A DNA stretch of 63,323 nt, counting the filler, from Perkinsus chesapeaki ATCC PRA-425 (taxonomy: Eukaryota > Protista > Perkinsozoa), in NCBI GenBank assembly GCA_013115145.1. It is 4 parts of 4 records of this genome, joined end to end, with 100 filler letters (N's around TTAATTAATTAA, not from the genome) between each part and the next. Parts side by side here need not be neighbours in the genome. Positions count along the whole stretch, not along the records: positions 28,831 to 49,903 come from JAAPAO010000604.1; positions 50,004 to 61,995 come from JAAPAO010000831.1; 2 more parts are not named here. One strand, written 5' to 3'. Of the stretch, positions 45,947 through 57,866 are shown one piece after another; within the stretch, counting starts at the first letter, position 1, and each line of letters starts with the position of its first letter. A program made the position numbers and the translations under genes. The notes under the pieces were generated by a model, which saw nothing but the letters and a program-made list of their open reading frames with translations, was not told the origin of the DNA and did no database searches.

Positions 45947-46002
45947 CAGGGTGTCCCCCCAAAAAATGTGCTCTTTTGAATAGTTTTTTTCGGGACACCC
46001 TG
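45947..46002. mobile_element. 56-bp Tc1/mariner-type miniature element
   Basis: Terminal inverted repeats CAGGGTGTCCC...GGGACACCCTG (11 bp perfect), with inner A6/T7 tracts extending the symmetry. TA on the right flank, TG on the left. Confidence 0.6.
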
Positions 46003-46288
46003 TATATAGTAACAACGGAGTCGTTTTCTCTCAACAGTCGAATAGTGGAGAGCATTGCGGGTGTTGATGGAGGAGTGAATGCCACTTTTGACTGCCCGAA
46101 TGCCACTGATTGAGGAATAGATGTCAGTTGCGCTCGTGCTCAGCCATCTCTTCTTGTGTTTTCGATATTGACCAGAGCGTACCGGCCCGACTTCTCAATT
46201 CTGAGACAACGCAAAGTCACAATGAGGGAAAAGAATGAAGGGGCAATAGCTGCCGTTGAATAGAAATGATGACTGCAAAGCAAACGAA

Positions 46289-48380
46289 CTACACATGACC
46301 GCTGCCGGTACGAGCGGACATACGAAGCTCCAGTCCTACGGGATGGTACGTGAAAGCCTGCATTCCACGCACAGCTGACAAATCGTGACTATGTTCAATA
46401 TTATCAAAATGTCGAAGTATCATGGCCAAGAGTACAGTGGCTTCTTTCAAAGCCATAACTTGACCAGGACACTGTCGAGGGCCTCCACCGAATGCAAGAT
46501 GATCTCGGGCACGATCCTTGTCAATACTGCAACCATTGGACGATAGCCAACGTTCCGGACTGAGAAACAAATATTCCCTCATCAGTTTCAGTAAGGGTAC
46601 AGATAGGCGGCTTGCTTCGAGGTTGCACTCCCACAATAGTGGACAGATTGCTGCGAGTTGCTTACACGTAACTAGTGCCACCTTCTTCCACAGCTTTCAT
46701 TGCCTTGCTCATCACCGTTAATACTATCGTACCAGGTAAGATTTCATACTTACCAAGTGTTGTTTTGATCATACACTTGTGGGAAAGCACCCTTCCTGGG
46801 AGTTCCAACTGCAATAAGCTGTGAAGAATACCACCAGCATACTGAAAAAGGGACTCACTCGGAGAGTCTCCAGAATACAGCATTGGGTGTATGGGAGGAG
46901 GTCGAGATCAGCATCTACTGCTGGATCACGGCCCAGCTTATCAACTTCATCTCTGGCTTTGGTTTGGATATTTGGGTAAAGGCATAAATAGTAAAGACAC
47001 CACGCCACAGTAGTTGATGTGGTCTCACTACCAGCTATCAGAAATCTACTCATAGAGAGAAATGATACATCGAATCATGATAGACTGTCTCACGTGATAA
47101 GGTTGCCATGTAAATCATCCTTCTCAAGATGCATTAACTTATCTAAAAGATCATCCCTTTCTTTAGATTCTCCTCGTATCTTCTCAGCTCGTCTCATCCC
47201 GATAATCTCTTCACAAGTGGATCGAAGTCGTCTCACTCCTGTATGTAACTGAGCAACATAATGACCCAGAGACCCATCAATGATCCACCTTCCTTATCAT
47301 TGGATTAAGATTCCATGGGAACCTATTTCGAGTCGCCCATGGAAGAATAGCTAAGTTCAGTGCGGCATCCCCACCAATCAGAAAATCCTCAATAGTCTGA
47401 CGCACTTCTTTAGAACTATTGTTCAGCTCTTCGCCTGACATCATAATAACCACCTAGCGGCCGGGCCCTAGCCTCTACGCAATTCATGACTCGTCATGAA
47501 GGCACGAAAAAGCAAGCGAAGATGCCATTCACCTTTCGGGTCCAAGAAATCAAAGTCAATGCCAAATGTAGTAGCACAGAGAACATCAAGAGTGCTCAAA
47601 GGGAGTAGCCGCGTCGGCGTCCATACAACATAACCATCGGAATCGTCAGCAAGATGTTGCAGATGGCTTATCTGATTATACGGAAAAGCCAAATACCTGG
47701 ATAAATTAATGTAAGACAAATTACTAGTTTAGCTGTAACTTTAGACATGGCAGGGACCATAGCCGCCGAGTTGCTATCATTAAAAGCTGGAGCACCCAAT
47801 CTTCTATTCCGCTTCCACTCATCTCCTTCAGTTGTAAGCATACCCGAGAATGGTAGTATCTTATCGTCGTTGAAGGACCTCGTGTAGGTATTCGGGCGAC
47901 TTCTCAGCACTTGGCGCATTAGGTCCTTATCAGAAACCACCACAAAGTCTGACCCGCAAACTCTGAAAGACCGCCACTACCAGGTCGAAAATCTCAACGA
48001 AAAGTCGCGTGAGATTAGCTAAGACTTACTTGATGTGGAAGATGCCTCCATAGCTATCCGAGAAGATATCCATGGCGTGCATGAAATGAGATGGGCCACT
48101 AGGAATAAGACCAAGAATACGGTTCGTCTAAAAAATTCCTTCCTAGATGACGGCAGCTGTCGTAGAGATCCTATGAGTTTAAAAACTCATTTGAACTTAC
48201 CCAGGTTGGCCCGCCAAATCGAGCGCGAAAATCATCGCTTTTTTTCTGGATAGGCTTGATGCTCTTAATAATTATAACGGTGACAATGCCGGCAGCCACG
48301 GTCAAGCCAATGCGACGATCGATAAACGTTCGGAGCCCCTCGGATCTTCTATATATACCCGAGAGCCAGGAGAAGTTCAT
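46289..48380 (-). CDS. Cytochrome P450, copy 2
   Basis: Same architecture: TM anchor, GDEWKRNRR, FLIAGSETTS, ETLR, YV|PERW, FGGGPRQCPG. Confidence 0.92.
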
Positions 48381-49016
48381 GAGTTTTGGAGAACTGAACT
48401 TATCAACTTGGATAAGACGTGGTGTAATATTCACCTGAAGTTCAGGTCCTGAACCGGTGAACTATGGCATACAGCCCGCTGCAAAAAACCGGCTCCGACA
48501 TTGGAACTTCGCAGGCAGATTGAAAAAAGCCGTTTTTGATATATCAAGAAAAAGCTGTCGCGCGCCAAGCATGGAGCACCCTAGCACAGCAGCCTAGCAA
48601 GCCTCGTGGATTAGGCTGCGTACAGCTTCCGATCGCGTCACATTTCGGCATAGCATACAGCTACCGGGCCAAGAGGGCCCGCCCGGACACTCCCCGATTT
48701 TACTTCGACACCCGTATTTTCTCTCGCACGCGCTTGTTTAATGCGTGGCTCCCCTGCAGTGTGAGGTCCTGCACCTGCTGTCTTCCCCTTCCACTCCTGT
48801 TTGTTAAAGACCTCGAGATAGCGATTTTGACCTGAGGAACTCTAACGACCGCGATGAGCCGTTGGTGGTCCTCCTTCTGTTTTTATCTGTTTCTTGATGG
48901 CTCGTGCATTCGAGACCCCGTTTTCCGCGAGTAAGGCCCTTCGCCCACAGGCGCGATGCGCCGCTCATGGAATGGATAGTCTAACTAAGCCAATTTTCGG
49001 CGTTGGACTATAAACT

Positions 49017-49060
49017 CACACACACACACAAACACACACAAACACACACAAACACACACA
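49017..49060. repeat. Interrupted (CA)n microsatellite, roughly 10-nt AACACACACA units
   Basis: Directly visible. Confidence 0.9.
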
Positions 49061-49903
49061 GAGACCCAATACGCCTCCATGGCCGCCCTGCGCTGAGCTT
49101 AGGCGAGGCGCTTGCGTGTATAAGAACACCCTTTAATCATTCATAGCTCGTGTAGTTGAAGGCGCTGTGCCTGATATCTGAGCTCGCATTAGTCGCTATT
49201 TCTCCCATTTCCTAATGAGTAACCAAAACATCCCCGAACTGTTAGAGTTGTCACTGGGAAGACTCGATTTAGAGCCACAAGATCACTCTGTCCATCACAT
49301 CAGTATAAACTTGATATGGTTATTGGTGTCGCATGCGGCAAGCCGTGAGAGTTCGAACCTCCGTTGTCAGCAAAATGGGATAACCATGTTGTCTCCTCTG
49401 GACTTAGTAGTCCAATACTGGAACATTTAATGTTCAACATTATACTACTTGCAGCCGCTGACTGAGGGAACTGTTTATTCCAGTGTCTGACACCGCGATT
49501 GAACGCCAGATTTGGCGCTCAGTCAAGTCTGCTTCTCCGGGGTACCCTTCTCATGGGCTGGTCTACAGGGCCCTACAGCCTGCCCTGACAGGGGCTCCGT
49601 AAAGTGTCCTGATCTACACTCTCTTCGACGCCGGGCAAGCTATCCCCATTGTTAGCCATATAAATTGACTCGTAACGAGAATGGTTCACGAAACCCGGAC
49701 GGCGGCACACCATCGATGCGCGTCGTTAACAACGACTCGCTTTGTCGATCCACACTGGATGAGCAGATGGCGCCAACCCTGCGCGACTACGAGATACTCA
49801 CCCTTGCAATTTTCCTTCCGTTCAGGGGCATATGTCTTGGCCGGTTCTGTTCTCTATCTGTGCCGGTAACTCTACAGTTGATGCCATAGAAAACAGGGGT
49901 TGA

Positions 49904-50003
49904 NNNNNNNNNNNNNNNNNNNNNNNNNNNNNNNNNNNNNNNNNNNNTTAATTAATTAANNNNNNNNNNNNNNNNNNNNNNNNNNNNNNNNNNNNNNNNN
50001 NNN
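49904..50003. other. Assembly gap with TTAATTAATTAA spacer
   Basis: 44 N + 12 nt + 44 N. Confidence 0.97.
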
Positions 50004-50112
50004 CTCCTCCTCCGTATCACTAGTAACATATTTTATATTATATCTCCTCCTCCGTATCACTAGTAACATATTTTATTTTGTATCTCCTCCTCCGTATCAC
50101 TAGTAACATATT
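50004..50112 (+). repeat. 40-bp tandem repeat (about 2.7 visible copies, truncated by the gap)
   Basis: Core CTCCTCCTCCGTATCACTAGTAACATATT recurs at 50004, 50044 and 50084. Confidence 0.92.
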
Positions 50113-50289
50113 CCGCCTCCCCATCGATTTCACTCCGTTTTCCTCATTCCACTTATCCCCTCTACATCCTACTCGCTTCTAAGGAAAACTCACACCATCC
50201 CAGCAGCAGCACCAGCGGCAGCAGCATTTCCAAATTGATTAACTCAACTCCAACCAAATGGTAAATCGTCAATCAAACATCATCAGCCC

Positions 50290-51644
50290 GCCACCACCAT
50301 CGTCAGAAATCTTCCCTTCCTCCTCCTCCTCCTCGTCGACGACTCTATTAACACAAACCCGACATCGCCGAGACGCCATGGACCTCATCGCCGTGAGGGA
50401 TGCCCAAAGCAACTGATGCGGGCGAACTCTATCCAAACGCCTAAGAATTATAAGTCAACTAATCAATAACAAGAATAATACAAATCAATCAATTCTCAGT
50501 GAGCGTAACCTTCCTGCGTTCACTTCCTAATGGAGCCGAAAGAGCTCATCAATCTATCTCACTAATGTCCAAGACCTAATGCCAGATATACCTCAGCATT
50601 ACCTACTCAGTTAATATTTCTATAATACTTAATATACCTTCAATAATATGAGTTACAACGTATTTCGAGATGATTTTTTCGCGATTAGTATCCTGGTTGG
50701 TTTAATAAACGATCGCGATGAAAAAACATTGGGTCGAAATTCCCGAGTTTTCGACCTACCGGAAAATTTTCACCCGCAGAGCTCGTGTGAAGGAAGACCA
50801 GAGGTCGAGTAGCGGCACATAATTCCGCCAGTATAATTTTGAAACACCTCCGAATATACCTTCAAAATTGCATCATCAAACACTTCCTGGTTGGGGAGAA
50901 ACTCTCATTCGAAATTGGATGAAAAGTTATGGGACACCCTTTAAAGTCACCCTTCACTTAGCTGGTCCGATACAACAACAACAACATCATTACTATTTTA
51001 CCAACAAAAACATATCATTCGAAATCGCCACGTTTTCAAGCGTGCAAGGCAGCAACCCATTCCGCGACAATTCACAAATCCACCAACTCCCGAAAAACAC
51101 ATTGAATCATTTTCGCGCTGCGCTTGGATTCTCCTCACCTGTTAGATCTGCTCTTAGGCCGCTTCCGTTCCTCTTCCATCACTTTCACGCGCGCCACGAA
51201 ATCACCCACAATAGAATCTTCCACCGGCTCTACCTTGACCAAACTCCAGTCGACCTCCTTCGACCCTACAGTAGTGACAATAATACTCTACTCTAAATTA
51301 CATCGTCAGCTGAGAGCCGCCTAGCTCCAAAGTGTTTCTCGAGGATCGGAGAGTGCTCCTAATGCGGAGAAGATACGGTCAAAATTTCGCAGGGACAAAA
51401 ACGTTCCCAGAACAAATGGGTAAACTCTCCAACTGGTTCAATGCTGTTCACTGATTTTCTGATTCCAAACAGTCACGCGCCCCAAAATACTACCCATATC
51501 TCCCAAAAACCGCCGACAAGCGGCGCCAATCGCCGCCTCAACGAACCGATCCTCCGGGATTTCCTTATCACCCGAATCGCTGCTGAGCTTGAACACACAG
51601 TCAAGAATCACTTCAGTTCGAGACAGAGAGGAGCCCTCATTCAT
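50290..51644 (-). CDS. Hypothetical multi-exon protein; boundaries approximate
   Basis: Coding-like exons MNEGSS...FVEAAIGAACRRFLGDMGSILG and GSKEVDWSLVKVEPVEDSIVGDFVARVKVMEEERKRPKSRSNR (AG/GT bounded). The model was not fully assembled. Confidence 0.35.
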
Positions 51645-51912
51645 CAGGCCAACTGCGACGCAACAGCGATTTATCCAGCAAGAACTGGTATATTTATTTG
51701 CCTTCCCCAGTTCAGCGCAAACTGTCCTGAAAATTACTTCATCTCCGCGCTAAGAGTTAGGAATCTTTTCGCACTACAAAGTTTTTCCGCCCATTAACCC
51801 ACTTAACTCAAGTCGCCATCACCTATCTACGCCGCAACAGTCGTAGATTCTGTCGACTATAAAACTGGACTAAATTCTACACTTTGGAGTTTTCAAATGT
51901 GGCAATCTGATT

Positions 51913-54900
51913 TCATCTCCACTGAGGCATCGGATAAGCCTGGGCCACATACCCCGACGCTTGCTGGGGAGGAGGATTCCCATAAGAGCTGTAACTCGAG
52001 CCGACAGCACTTGCCATCGCAGGCCGACTTCGTTGCTGCTCCTGCTCTTCCCTGAAAATGCTAATAATCGAATACTCATCATCAAGCACAACGGAATCTC
52101 CACGTCGACGTCGTCTATGAATCTTCATTATTTCCCGATCGTTAAGTTTATTTAGTTTGTCATTTTGTACGCCTTAGCCTCACCAAAACAAACCACTATA
52201 TCTATACGCTCAATTAAACCGTAATTTTCATTGCCAGGAGCTCATAATAGATTTGAATCGTCCATGATAAATCCTCCACCTTAAGTACTTATATATGATC
52301 GCCGCTTGCAACTGAGTCAACGCCTTTTGCCGAAGCGCTCGAACTTCAAATTGCTTCCTCGAAGTGGTTCTTATCTCTCGGAGATACGCTTCGACATCGA
52401 TAGAATTCGACCTGATAAAACGCATATGAAGAAATCTCCCTAGTGCGAAGGAACAGAAAAGATTCTCCTACCAATAAGAAAACTACTAACCGAAGGCCAC
52501 TTCATGATTTTCGACCCCATTATTCCCTCCCCATCGAAGTCCCCCTAATACTCAACAGCTTCGTACTAATATCACAAGTAGGCCTTAGTGGCGCATGCGC
52601 GGAGCTCACAGAGAGCGCAAATTGTCAAGCTATTTCCTTCAATGTTTGCAAAGCTCTAAGATCTCATCGAAGCTGAGGTTTGACATTCCACCGAGAACCC
52701 TCACAACTCAAAAACCTATTGAATGTCACTTAGGGGGCTCAGGATTATCGCGAGATGTGCCATTGATGCTCCTAAGCTCCCCTATGAGACCCATCTGAAT
52801 TTGCTGCTTTAGAACTCGGGAGTTGGGATCAGTCCTGCGCTGATATCCGACACGTGATGGGACATCTACAGTGTTGACATAGTCAATGAGCTCCTGGAGC
52901 TGCTTTTGATTATCAGCTATTGGCTTTTCGGCGAGACAAGCCTTGCCAGCTTTTAAAGTGGTCATGATGTGATCGTGATGCGTATAAGTAGTAGATCCGA
53001 CAATAACCGCTTCAACTCACATCAACCTCCTTCGATCAAGCTTTGCACGCATGCACAACGTCATTGTAAAGCAACAGTATACGTTTCACTCGCTCCATAA
53101 ATGTATATCATATTATCATCACTGGTAGTCTGCTCCTCGAGCATCACCCTGGCCTTCTTCCCACTACTCCAAAAATGCGAGTTTTACCCCAATAAAAATA
53201 CATACTCTCCACCACCATTATCTCCCTCTCCTCAAAAATAATATTCCCGCGCGCCCCGAAATCCATATACTACTTCAAAGCATCATCTAACCCCAGCAGC
53301 CATTCGTCCAGCGAGCAATCCTCCTCTACAAGTTCCAGAATCTGCACTCGATCTCCCAACAACTACCATCTCTAGAACCTACTTGTGCTCCGAGCTCCGA
53401 ATTGGTCTTTTGTTGCTGCTCTTCAGTTTCAGATGAATCAGTACTTGCTACAGACTTTGGGCCCGACAGCCATTCTTGGGCCTGACAATGAGGTCATCCA
53501 GCTTACTATAATAATATACAGTGTAAAAGCAGTAAGTATTCACATTAATGAGACAAACCTGAATTCAACTTGCTCAAATACGACTAAGGCATTTTTCGTT
53601 TGTACTGAAAGTGTCGCAGGATTAACGCTGTTCTTTATATATGGAGTAATTGTACATTAAAAATGAGGAAAATGGACAATGGAAAAATAACATTATCAAT
53701 AAAATTGGTAATGTGCATCGAAGTATAAGTCGTGTAAGTTTACACGACTCTGAACTCTCCCATCCAGCCTCAAGAGCGGTAGTTCGCCCCGTGAAACACA
53801 TTATTAAGCGAGTTCCTCGAAGGCCAAAAATCAATTCCAAGCACAAGTAAGCTTTAGAGACAAGCAATATTAACATCACACTCGTCCCCAACGAGAACCT
53901 ATTTTCCCTGCAATTCCCTCCTATATCACCTCTTTCACAGCAGTGGCCGCACTTTCCCTCGCAAGAGTATATTCTCGAGTTTTCTCAATCAACTCAGTGG
54001 TGCGATCTTCAACCTAATATGAATCTTTCACCTACAACGAATCTTCCACCATACCTGTTGCAGATGCAGTTTAACCGTATAGGCATTTTGTCGACGATTA
54101 TTATCATAACTCACTGAGTTCTGGCCAACACTCGATCCTTGTGTGCCAACCTATACAAGCACATATTATCACATGTACTTCTTATGATGAATCATAATCA
54201 CTTTCGATTTATCCCCCTCCTCCACATAATACCAACCGAACACCATTCACTACCTATTTTTACACAGCATTGCACTTCACCACAATTTCTCCTGTTGCTT
54301 TTCATCTACATATCTACACGGTTATCTTTCATATGAATTTCACCGCCATACATTTATACATATTTTATATGAATTAAACCGCCAAACATATTTTATTGTC
54401 ATTTCCACGGTGCAATTATTCTAATTCCTCCGATAACCCTCCACACTACTACCTTTGCATTCACTGCTTGCCCAGTAACAGTAGACTTCGGTCCGTTCAC
54501 AGGCTGAATCTGAATAGATATCAATTAACCCACCAAACTGATCAATTCCATGGATACGACCTCTACGTGAGAATACAATCAAATCTACAGCGAGAGTGAA
54601 AGATACTCCCGGCCAACTAGCATCGACCTTTGCCCGACGGTGCCTGGTAATCGCTTACAACATGCTCTGCTCACATCGCGCATGCTGCAATTTAATCTTC
54701 TTGAGCTATTACTACAATCAAGCCACAAACTATAGTATCTCCATATGGAATACACCCGAGAAGAGCGCAAATCTTTCTGAATATTATAAAAATTCCCCCA
54801 ACTTCTCCAGAGCTATAAATATAAAACTATCTAAACTGCCGCTTTACTACCGTCTGAGGCTGTTGTTGTTGCTGTTGCTGAGGACCCGAGCTGTACACTG

Positions 54901-55991
54901 GAGGATCGGCCGAGAAGGTACCTCGGAATAGAATACTACCAAATCGGCTTTGTAACCCACAGAGTGAAATCTATAAAGCTAAGCCGTTGTAGATGTTGAC
55001 TAATCTGAAATCTACAAGATATCCTATTCCATACATCTTTCGCACCACTTTGCCTAGAGGGTTACAAAATGAACTTCAATAACATTCTAGACAGGAGCTG
55101 TATTGTACTGTTCACGTACTCGCGAGCGGTGGTACGAACACTAATTCTCGGTTATGATTGGTCTGGTATGCAGTATCATTCAATATCTCTGTGTCATTAC
55201 TCTTTTTTTATTTCGGGCTTCATAATGACTATTTCTTTTGGACTTTAAGACAAGTATCTCAACTAGTACACCCACACGTCGACGCGAATCAACATACAAA
55301 AATCCGGAAATATGCTTGTGATGAAAAATACCCAGCCGCGAAATTACTCAGTAAGTTCGCCACACTCCTTGATTCCTCCCTTATGAAAGTCCCAGGTAAG
55401 ATCAATTATCGCATTTACAAGCCTAACGTCACTATTTCTTCGCTATCTCCTATACCAGAGTCGATTCCTGGGAAGTCGGCAACCCTTCACTACTTGCTAT
55501 AATAGTGACCAACTCAGGCAATGTACTAGAGTAAGGGCTCCATGCATTCAAATAAGGTAAGTAGACCATTCCATTATGGTCGACGTGTTGATGCCTCGGC
55601 TTGATAGACATTCCCGCGGTAGGTGATACAAAACATCGCGGTGGTACCGATGGATAGGGAGGATCTGCGAAAAGCGAAATTATCACGGCCAAAGATGCCA
55701 GCGAATACCGAAGTAGATGGTCATGGGTATGTTGTAAGTGGCGCCCGAAAACACTATTGGAACAGTGCCATAGAGATAGAATAGTTGAACTTGATTCCGT
55801 CCGCTGCCAAATACGCCTGAACCGATCCTCGTCGAATGAAGATATTCGGGAGACATACCAACATTCGGCCGTAGAGACTGGATAGTCTGCAACAATGAAG
55901 TTATATCTTGGCGGAGCCTAGAAAGATTCGGATAGATGCCTGTTAGCCTAGAGAACAGATGCTCATGCGGACTGTAACCGCTGGTGTACAT
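51913..55991 (-). CDS. TSG101: TSG101/Vps23 ESCRT-I subunit (UEV, coiled coil, steadiness box) with long introns
   Basis: UEV LYGTVPIVFSGATYNIPMTIY, PYPSVPPRCFVSPT, HVDHNGMVYLPYLNAW, IAS|TFSADPPVYS. SB domain ILELVEEDCSLDEWLLGLDDALK|SNSIDVEAYLREIRTTSRKQFEVRALRQKA. Both long-intron joins are in frame; central exons only partly resolved. Confidence 0.9.
52726..53016 (-). pseudogene. Gfo/Idh/MocA (myo-inositol 2-dehydrogenase-like) fragment nested in a TSG101 intron
   Basis: About 96 codons: VEAVIVGSTTYTHHDHIMTTLKAGKACLAEKPI...VGYQRRTDPN...LIGELRSINGTSRDNPEPP. Lacks an intact GxGxxG N-terminus and the catalytic C-terminal half. Confidence 0.75.
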
Positions 55992-56877
55992 TGACAATAT
56001 TAAACAAAGCTGAAGGAGAACCTCCGTCTAGGAAAGCGAGAGACTTTTTGCGCCCTTATAGCACCGCAGGCGGGTGCTATTACGGGAAAATCCAAAAATG
56101 GGCCGATCCAAAAGTACGGTAGTAATGAACTACCAGTGGTCAGGGATGCAGGGTAGCGACTGCCGCCCTATCTACTCTTGGAAATGCGAAGGCGGCTATG
56201 ACAAGCCTTCATTCGAGCCGCTCCCGATATGACATTCGCGAGTGAGCTTCGTTACGAAGTTGTAAGGATATGGGCGAGCGAGATATACGGTCGTTGTTGT
56301 ACTAGCAAGTGCCGTGACACAAAAGTTGTCCCCCTGTCCCGATTTTCGGTTCTATCACAACTCTGTCCGCTGAGTAGGATACGTGTTGCAAGCTAAGCTG
56401 AGTGGTTCAAGCTAGTGAACGGACGCACTACAGAACTACTAAGTTATAGACAAGTATCGTCTTGTATCCTTTGGGTTTGTTCTTACACGTCCGCTTTACG
56501 TGTAACGCTTATCCTGTCACCTATTCGTGCTGGAGTTTGATCTTCAGGAGGTTATATCCCTACAGTCGTTCTTGAACTCTTCGCACCTCCCTCTCCTGCG
56601 CTGACAGTGCCATTGCATAGTTTGCGTATCCCCTAGCAAGGCCTCTCTAACCGTTTCCCCTCTGTATGAGCGGATGAAGCTAGCCGCAAGGTCTGGGATC
56701 ATTCGAGTCGGGTCGGCACTGGGATGCCCGCCGGCCGCAATTCAACAGTTGAATCGCTATCTGCTTCGTTGTGGGAACACATTTAGATCTCCACGCAGCT
56801 CCCTCTCTAGTTGGTTCAAGAGCTTGACCATCAAGCCTTAAAGCTCTGAGCTTTGCCCCAACTCTTCGGGCCCAACC

Positions 56878-56925
56878 CTTTTTCAAGAGCCTTCGCAATG
56901 ACCCATTGCGGAGCCTCTTAAAAAG
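56878..56925. other. Long imperfect hairpin (about 21 bp stem, 3-nt loop)
   Basis: CTTTTT-c-AAGAG-c-CTTCGCAATG acc CATTGCGGAG-c-CTCTT-AAAAAG, with one bulge, one C-C mismatch and one G-T pair. Confidence 0.6.
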
Positions 56926-57866
56926 TCACTGCTAATGGCTTCAACACCTTGCTAAGGGGCGTTATGTGCATCATACTGCGTACTAGTGTTGTTGTCTTAA
57001 ATTATGACTCCGAGTCATTCACCCGTAACTCTGTTCGGGCTCCGATATTTCATGTGTAAGAATCTTACCGTAAGATTGCAAACCCTCTGAACGTCGACTG
57101 TACCCACCCATGTTTCTAACGCAACACTTCCCACCCTTGGCATAGATAGAACGTGCAATCGTGGTGTCGCTCAGCGCATCCACCAAACGTGGGATGGCTG
57201 GTAGTCACACGTGGTAACACTCAGACAGGGTTATCACACAGGCTTGGAGACTCACCATTGCTGTGACGGCAGCCGAGCGAGCGACACACAGACAAGCCTA
57301 CACAATAGAAAGAAAAAAAATCAATCGCACCAGCGACCTGCATACAGGAATCCTTTCTTTAGCAATACGTGTTCCTAGCCTGATCATCATCGTTCCTCAA
57401 TAACACAAGCTAGCAATTCCCGGGCGAGCGCATCCTGCCGTTCTCGTGGGTTTGCACCTCCAAGCACTGCGTGCCCTCCAATCCAAGCTCCCGATCGCGA
57501 ATCCTAGACTAGCTACCGGGTGATGATCCCACTATTACAGTGTGACAGTCACCCTCGACGTCACGCAACATCTAGAGTAGGCCTTCCATTACATTCACTG
57601 TTACCTCTTAACTGTTACCATTCTATCGTACGTTGAATTCATGTGTGTTTGCCAGGCTGTTTAACCCAACAGTAAGGGTTAAGATGATCCTTGATCTATG
57701 GTGTTCGTATATGCGTACATCTGCACGCAGACGCACACAGGCTTATGCACAGTTGGCTGAGCTGAATAACATGGCTTGAGAGCCGCCGGCGGCGGCGTTG
57801 GCCCAGTAGTATGCTTTAGTTTATTTTTGGTCAGAAATGGTTCATACCGGCAGATCCCCGAGACCA

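Noticed and set aside
49335-49370. GAGTTCGAACCTC T-arm-like motif with an upstream mini-hairpin
   Set aside because: The T-stem pairs poorly and there is no room for anticodon and D arms; not a tRNA.
50004-50112. CRISPR-like appearance of the 40-bp repeat
   Set aside because: The units are contiguous without unique spacers, in a eukaryotic genome with no cas genes.
53900-54800. Apparent in-frame TAG/TAA in TSG101, suggesting stop-codon reassignment or pseudogenisation
   Set aside because: These triplets coincide with plausible splice acceptors or lie in introns, and other genes in the window end with TAA, TAG and TGA normally.
55158-55502. 114-aa plus-strand ORF within the TSG101 long intron
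   Set aside because: Non-ATG start, no recognisable motif and no supporting splice pattern.
57050-57330. Minus-strand pyrimidine tract, ATG|GTGAGT and an RCC1-like peptide IPRLVDALSD
   Set aside because: Splice phases do not join and the similarity is too short to support a gene.
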